A stretch of DNA of 64,000 nucleotides from Selaginella moellendorffii (taxonomy: Eukaryota > Plantae > Lycopodiophyta), in the NCBI RefSeq assembly GCF_000143415.4, contig NW_003314302.1:1057820-1121819 (forward strand), in the 5' to 3' direction. This document shows positions 57,486 to 64,000 of the stretch, in pieces. Within the stretch, counting starts at the first letter, position 1. Every line of letters starts with the position of its first letter. The notes beneath the pieces are model-generated. The model had not been told where the DNA came from, searched no databases, and worked only from the letters and a program-made list of their open reading frames with translations. Both the position numbers and the translations under genes were made by a program.

Positions 57486-59440
57486 ATGGCTGTGAGCGTG
57501 ACCGTGGGTTTTGGAATTGGTTCTTCCAACAAGTTCCCATCTAGAAGTTCATGTACGACCAGTCCAGTAACAGGGATTCCTGCGTCTCTATTTGGTGGGT
57601 CACTGAAAGGCAAGGATGCTTTTTCTCTTGGAAGGAAGAAGAAGAGCTTGAGGCTTCCAAGGCAGAAGAACTCGACGATAAGTTCTGTGTTTTTCAACGA
57701 GAAACACACCAGAAGCAATGAAGATGCGGTCACCTGTGGAATTCACCAAGTTTTGGAAGAACCATGGGAGAGAATGGTTGGTTTTAACTCCAAAGACCAA
57801 CGGCAGAAGCTGGTATCCACACCACAGGCCGTGCTACAAGCTCAAGCGTTTAGCTCGGCAAGGTATGGATTTTATTCGTTGGTGTGTGGCTTTAACTTCT
57901 ATTCCTTGAGTTTCAGGCTTAAGAATACTTCAAATGATCAAAGACGAACAAAGGTGAATTGTGTCTCTCAGCCCCGAGATACTCCACCCGCGAGAGGTTA
58001 TAAAACGTCTCTCTTCTATTTACCTTTCTTTGTTGATTGGATTCTTTGATGTACAGATACTGGAATCGCCAGTGAAAAGGACTGGGGCATCAAGATAAGC
58101 AGTGAGGTTTCCAATGATTCCGGAACAAATGAAGATGGAAGTACATGGTTCCGAGAGTGTGGAGAGGATCTTGGTGAAAATGGCTATCGGTGTCGCTATA
58201 CGGTTATGGGAGGACGAAGCAGCGATGGCTCCACGGAATGGAAGGAAACAGTACGTTTTAGCCTTTTTCAACTTAATAGCATAGCTTGCTTTTTCTAATA
58301 GTGGTGGGAAAAATGCGACTGGACGGGCTATAAGGAACTTGGTAAACTTTGTTTCGCTTATTTTTTCTTGTTTTACACTCTTGTGGATAGTGCAGGTGCT
58401 GAAAAGTCCGGCAAAAATGCTGAAGGCGATGCCTGGTGGGAAACCTGGCAGGAAATTCTGCGTCAAGATGAATTGAGGTGAGGAGATATTAAGACTGTTG
58501 AAATCCATTTTATGTGTTTTCTTGCGCAGTAACCTGGCTCGAATCGAAAGGACGGCACAGAAACAAGCGAAGCAAGGGAATGGGGAGGCCGGATGGTACG
58601 AGAAATGGTAAGAACACGTCGTATGATCAAGCTTAATATCACATCGTAGTTTTGGACCAGGTGGGAAAAGTATAATGCCAAGGGCTGGACAGAGAAAGGT
58701 GCTCACAAGTATGGAAGGCTCAATGAGCAGTCCTGGTGGGAGAAGTGGGGCGAACAATATGATGGACGAGGAGCAGTGCTAAAATGGTATGGAACTTTGG
58801 TTTTACTTTTGTCTTACCAGCTTGTATACTCGAACTCAAGTTAGGACTGATAAGTGGGCCGAGAATGCAACCGGGGAGAAATGGGGTGATAAGTGGGAAG
58901 AGAAGTTCCAAAATGGTGCGGGGACTCGGCAGGGGTGAGACATGGCATTCATCTAATGCTGAAAGTAAGTTATCAAATCTTTTCCTTCTCTTTTTCTAGA
59001 GGGTCTTTCAAAAGCCACCAAGCTCTAAGTTACTTCCAAAAGATACTGAGGCTCTCTTCTATATTTTCTTTTTCTCAAGGCTGGTCGAGGACTTGGGGTG
59101 AAGAGCACCTCGGCGACGGGTATGATTGAATTTGATGTTCTGCTTTTTACTAGCGATTGTCTTGTAACCTGTAGGAAAGTCCACAAATACGGAAAGAGCA
59201 CAAGTGGCGAAAGCTGGGATAGTGTTGTCACGGAGACCACTGTTTACAAGTATATTTTTGTTTTCCTTGCCTTTTCTTTTTGTTGACATAGATGTTTTTG
59301 CTTGTTCATGTAGTGCCGAGCCACATTATGGCTGGGTGGATGCTATCGGACAATCGACTCAACTCTTGAGCATTGAGCCGCGACCGAGGCCTCCTGGAGT
59401 GTACCCGGATCTTCCAAAACCAAAACAGCCAGATCAATAA
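57486..59440 (+). CDS. ESV1: EARLY STARVATION 1, Trp-rich starch-granule protein (multi-exon)
   Basis: DTGIASEKDWGI, GWTEKGAHKYGRLNEQSWWEKWGEQYDGRG, WSRTWGEEH, KVHKYGKSTSGESWD, AEPHYGW..STQLLSIEPRPRPPGVYP Pro-rich tail; transit-peptide-like N-terminus. Confidence 0.88.
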
Positions 59441-60097
59441 CACAGATTTCAAAGGTCAGTATTTTCTCATACTTCAGTTGATCTTAAAAAAAAACTCGTC
59501 CTTCATCTTGCAGAACAAGGACAAAGCTCCTGAAATTTTTGGCTGCTTCGCTTGAGCTTTCTCGATTTTTAGTCGCAAGTACTTTAGCAATGTGTTTCAT
59601 TTGAAGCGCCACCAGCCGAGTCACTTCTAAAGTCAGCTGGAAACAATTAGTCAGAGAGAGACGCTTGGCATATTTAAATTTTAATCATTGGTTAATATTA
59701 GCCATTTAAGTAGAGGAAGTTGGCCCCCGCCCTATCCCCACATGCGCGCGATGAATATTCATCCTTTTTTTGCCTTTTGGCTAAGATCTAGTGTAATATT
59801 TGTTCTTGTCAGTTTAATAGTTGATATGTATTAACCTAATTTTTTGTGGGTCACAAGCTACCTGGTCCTCTACGTGTTGCTTTGGCCTTACACTACCACT
59901 TTAGCCTGGCACAACCTAACCACCCAAATTTTAAACTTAAGAAGCACATTAGCTTGTGCTGGTTTTTTTGTAATGCCTTGAATTATTATTTCTAAATTAT
60001 CCGCGTGGATGACCAGACATTTTGTATATATGTACCTAATACATTAAAAACAATATTTACATTTTTACTAGCTATATAGTGGAACTTCGGTATTTAG

Positions 60098-62908
60098 TCA
60101 CTCCCCACCCATTAAGTTTGCCATTAGCGAGTAAGCCGCAGCCTCTTCTTTGTCGAACGTCATCACCTTCTCAAATGCAACCTTGCCCACGCCAGCATTC
60201 TTCCACGTTCTAGACGCGCTCAGCAATGACAGCCACGTCACCTTGTCCGGCTTGTGTGGCATTTCCTCCACCAATCTCAGCGCCTTGTCAAGCTGGTTTG
60301 TGCGGCCAAACAGATCCACCATACACGTGTAGTGTTGGACAGACGGCACAACGCCGCATTCTTGACACATCACCACCCGGAACACATGCTCGGCCCTGTC
60401 CACCAGTCCAGCGTGGCAGCAAGCATTGAGAATGGAGAGGAAAGTTACCCCGTCTGGGTGATAACCTTCTCCTCGCATATGGTAGAGTAAATCAAGCGTA
60501 ACTTTAATTTCACCCTCTCTAGAATATCCGCATATAAGGGAATTCCAGAGAACACTGTCGAGGATCCAAGCCTGGTCAAAAACGTGGCGGGCATTCCCCA
60601 TCCTCCCACCGCATTTGGAGTAAAAACTAACCATGCCAGTTACGATGTCAGTAACTTTCTCATAGCCACGGCGGTAAATTTCCCCCTGGATCCATTTCCC
60701 AGTCTCTAGATTTACCAAGTTACCACAGGCCATGAGCCCAGCAAGCAAAGCACCGGCGTCACACTCCAGTTTAACCACATGAGCAAATATCCCAAGAGCC
60801 AGGTCACTCTCACCATTCTCCACGTAAGCTTGGACGAGCTCTTTCCACGTCAACCTACCAAGGCCTTGACCACGGTCAAGGTCAAAGATCCGTTGAGCAT
60901 CTTCCAAGCTCCCACACTTGGAGTACATGTGAAAGAGGCTGTTCGTGAGGAAAGTATTGCCGGAGTTCGATTCCCACCAGTCGCAATTCCTGGCGCTCGA
61001 GTGAATCGCCATGCCTCTTTCCAGGCTCTTGAGCTTCACGAGCTTTCCGGCCACGAATTCTGCATCTTCTCGAGCGGCAAGAGCTGCGCAAGCTGCGAGA
61101 GCGGCGACGAATGCCCGGGAGTTTTTCTGGAAGTTGCGGCACTCGAAGAGATCCAAAGCGAGGGAGCTCTCGCCATTCTGGACGTATCCCAGGATCAACG
61201 AGTTCCACGAGACACAGTCGTGAGCTTTCATCCTGTCAAACACTGTCCGAGAACCCAGCATGAATCCACAATTTGAGTAGAGACTTACCAGAGCATTGCT
61301 GACAAAGATGTCCGAGTCACACAAGTTTCTCGCAGCTGCTGAGTGGATTTCCAAGGATTTCTCCAGGGAGTTGAGTTTCACGAGCTTTCCATCGACTTTT
61401 CGTCCCTGCTCTTTTGCTGCCAAACTGGAACAAGCCATTAGAGCAGCGACAAAAGCCCGAGAATTCAACACACAACCTGAGGTTTGCTCCAGTCTTTGAA
61501 AAACCTCCAAAGCAAGCTCACCACCACCACCATCTTCCGCGTATCCCTGTAGCAGTGATGTCCACGAAACGACGTCAGGATGTTTCAAACCGGTAAAAAC
61601 TTTCCTGGCGTCGTTTATGCTTCCACACTTCGCGTACATGTCAATCAGAGCATTGGCCACGAAGAGTTCCGAATCAAAGCCACAATCTCGAGCTTGAAGA
61701 TGTATCCTGGTTCCTTTCTCTGTGCAAAGCGTCTTCACCATTTTGCCGTCGAGTTCACAGCTTTGTTCACTTGCTGATAGCCCAGCACAGGCCATAGAAG
61801 CAGCCACAAACGTCCTAGCATCCGGCTGTATCAACTTTGCAACTCGCATGGCCTCAAAGAGCTCGAGAGCCAGCTCGTCCTCCCCGTTCTCTACATAGCC
61901 AAGCATTAGAGCGTTCCATGAAACAACACTGTGACGCTGCATGTTATCGAATACCTTCCTCGAATCGATCATGCTGCCGCACTTGGCGTAAGCATCCACC
62001 AGAGTGTTCTCGACGAAGATATCCCTGTGCTTTCCACACTGGGAGTGAACAGCCATGGCTTTCTCCAAAACCTTACGTCGATCAAGCTCTTCTTTTCCTG
62101 TTGCCAAGGCCAGGCTTCCACAAGCCATGAGAGCAGCCACGACAGTCCGAGCATCACGAAACAATGCCAGTGAAAAGAGCTCCAAAGCGATGGCAAACTC
62201 GTCGTTCTCTACACAGCCAAGCATCAGAGAGTTCCAGGACACGACGTCATGAAGAACCATACCGTCAAACACTCGTCGAGCGTCCATCAGGCTTCCACAC
62301 TTTGCGTATGAATTCACCAGAGCGTTTCCAACAAAGATCGCAGCGTCCAGTTTCATCTGTCGAGCCCGAGAGTGCACAGCCATGGTTTCTTCCAGAAACT
62401 TTAGCTTCACCACTCTTCCCTCGTCACCAATTCTTTGGCCGGCTTCGTCCGCAGCCAAATCCACACACGCCATAGCTGCAGCCACAAAACTTCTCGAGTT
62501 TGGTCTTTCCAAGCCAAAGAACAAGTCCAGAGCGAGCTTACTCTGTCCATTCTCCACATACCCCGCGATCAAAGCGTTCCACGAGACCACGTCGCGAGAA
62601 TCCATCGCGTCAAACACGCCTTGGGCTTCCACCATCGCCCTGCACTTAGAATACATATCAATCAATGCAGTGGCAACGAAAATGCGGGAGAGATCACCGT
62701 TCTCAAGAGCCGCGAGGTGCGCTTTCCTGCCGGAATCCAGATCCCCCAAGCTGCCACACGCCTTGAGCGCGGAAACAAGATCCATCGCAGCGAAATCCTG
62801 CTGCCCAACGCGGCACAGATGCTGGCGCCATACCTTGAAACCCGCAGCGCGGCAGCTCAAGCGTCTTGCCGTTCGCGCTCGTGAAAGAGCGCCATAGCGG
62901 AATTGCAT
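60098..62908 (-). CDS. PLS-class (E-type) PPR protein with expanded L-motif insertions
   Basis: Intronless 936-aa ORF; ALIDMYSKC..DVVSWN triplets; ACCHAGLV..HYTCMVDLFGR..MPHKPDKVTWLSLL E domain. Confidence 0.93.
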   Translation of the reverse strand: MQFRYGALSRARTARRLSCRAAGFKVWRQHLCRVGQQDFAAMDLVSALKACGSLGDLDSGRKAHLAALENGDLSRIFVATALIDMYSKCRAMVEAQGVFDAMDSRDVVSWNALIAGYVENGQSKLALDLFFGLERPNSRSFVAAAMACVDLAADEAGQRIGDEGRVVKLKFLEETMAVHSRARQMKLDAAIFVGNALVNSYAKCGSLMDARRVFDGMVLHDVVSWNSLMLGCVENDEFAIALELFSLALFRDARTVVAALMACGSLALATGKEELDRRKVLEKAMAVHSQCGKHRDIFVENTLVDAYAKCGSMIDSRKVFDNMQRHSVVSWNALMLGYVENGEDELALELFEAMRVAKLIQPDARTFVAASMACAGLSASEQSCELDGKMVKTLCTEKGTRIHLQARDCGFDSELFVANALIDMYAKCGSINDARKVFTGLKHPDVVSWTSLLQGYAEDGGGGELALEVFQRLEQTSGCVLNSRAFVAALMACSSLAAKEQGRKVDGKLVKLNSLEKSLEIHSAAARNLCDSDIFVSNALVSLYSNCGFMLGSRTVFDRMKAHDCVSWNSLILGYVQNGESSLALDLFECRNFQKNSRAFVAALAACAALAAREDAEFVAGKLVKLKSLERGMAIHSSARNCDWWESNSGNTFLTNSLFHMYSKCGSLEDAQRIFDLDRGQGLGRLTWKELVQAYVENGESDLALGIFAHVVKLECDAGALLAGLMACGNLVNLETGKWIQGEIYRRGYEKVTDIVTGMVSFYSKCGGRMGNARHVFDQAWILDSVLWNSLICGYSREGEIKVTLDLLYHMRGEGYHPDGVTFLSILNACCHAGLVDRAEHVFRVVMCQECGVVPSVQHYTCMVDLFGRTNQLDKALRLVEEMPHKPDKVTWLSLLSASRTWKNAGVGKVAFEKVMTFDKEEAAAYSLMANLMGGE

Positions 62909-63127
62909 TCTAGGGCAGATGCTGGCACAAGAATATTCTTAATCTATTGTAGAATATTCTTTAAAATGTAATAACAATTTATAATATTTTAGAATATTTT
63001 AGATCTAAACATGTTTATACCCGAAAAATAGAATGCCTGTGTGATTTTCGATTATATCATACACAGTGTTTGCTCTTTGGACAAGAAACTATGCAAATAA
63101 CTTACTGCCTGAGGCCTCTGGATCGCT

Positions 63128-64000
63128 TCAGTAATCATCCGAGTCCTCGTAGTAGCCATTCTCGTCCGATGAATCGTCGTATTCATCGATCGCCTTTGGA
63201 GCAGCGGCGATTTTGTCACTCGCCACCACCGCCGCTGCCGGTTGAACAGGCGGAGGCACAGCAACCGGAGCTGGAACTGGCTCCGCTTCTTCAACATCTT
63301 CTTCCTGCTCCACCACTTCAACATGTAGATCGAAACGAATCTAAGGAAAAGCTTCCAAAACAATCATAGAGAGAGAGCACAAGAACAGCAAAAGAAGAAA
63401 AAGGATATCCACATCTCGCGCAGTTCCTCCGGCCAGGATGTTCACCAGATCGTTCTCCACATTGTGCACGAAGTCTGGCTGCAAAAGAAAAACCAAGAAG
63501 ATCACAGTGACGAAGATCTTCTCTATGAATCTCACATTGATGATCTCGGCGTCTCTGCGAAATCGCCGCTTTCTCGCGTCTCTCATCGCCGGAGTGAGCC
63601 CGTCTTTGTGCTCCCCGCCCTCTGGAGCAGGCTCCTTGTTATCTCTCACGAGAATCATCTACACCCAAGAGCTGTAAGAAAACCCTTCCAGAAGAAACAC
63701 CAAGAGCTATAAGAACATCCTTCCGAGAAGAAGAAAACAGAGCTCCTTTGATCCTTACCTGGCCAATATCGGCCGCCTTGATGAGCACAGTATCGTCGTA
63801 AGTCTTGTAGGACTCCACGACGCAAGGAAGATCGACCAGCGATACCTCAAACTGGTCTTTCCCGATCGTAAACATCCCAGTTCTGGCATCTACAGGCGCA
63901 AGGAAGTCCTTCTAACCAAAGTAAAATCCCTTTGTTGTGATTACCTCGAAAGCAGATGTCGATCCCTTCGTCTTCCGGCGCTTGGGCGCGCTCGCTGAGC
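63128..64000 (-). CDS. TAF7: TFIID subunit 7 (TAFII55), 5' end outside the window
   Basis: LVDLPCVVESYKTYDDTVLIKAADIGQ|MILVR..GLTPAMRDARKRRFR; acidic tail EDSDDY*. Confidence 0.92.

Overview
Eukaryotic land-plant genomic DNA, most likely the lycophyte Selaginella (inferred from 45-65 bp GT-AG introns, dense gene packing, S-motif-rich PLS PPR genes and a Tcn1/Tf1-like chromovirus). The flanks are ordinary: a myristoylation-signal Ser/Pro-rich protein, a DEK-C+SWIB protein, a EUL-like gene, a plastid rhodanese-like gene and a PPR on the left, and ESV1, a PPR and TAF7 on the right. Between them lies a ~47-kb rearranged accessory region (~10.2-57.4 kb). It holds a repeatedly duplicated and inverted cluster of signal-peptide genes: about 8 calumenin-like EF-hand copies lacking HDEL, signal-peptide Euonymus-type lectins and an A1 aspartic protease. 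It also contains copied fragments of the flanking PPR and ESV1 genes and of BEACH-WD40 and P-type PPR genes. The region has several LTR retrotransposons with unusual features. (1) A chromovirus with a self-priming PBS and a GGGAAAC -1 frameshift signal. (2) A copia element inserted inverted into its own family, with its 3' LTR lost and a 103-bp flanking duplication (predicted fold-back dsRNA locus), non-CA LTR ends and an Arg-rich uORF. (3) A tRNA-Gly-primed gypsy derivative with four Zn knuckles and three tandem retropepsin-like domains. All calls are by eye and family names come from remembered motifs; no database search was run.
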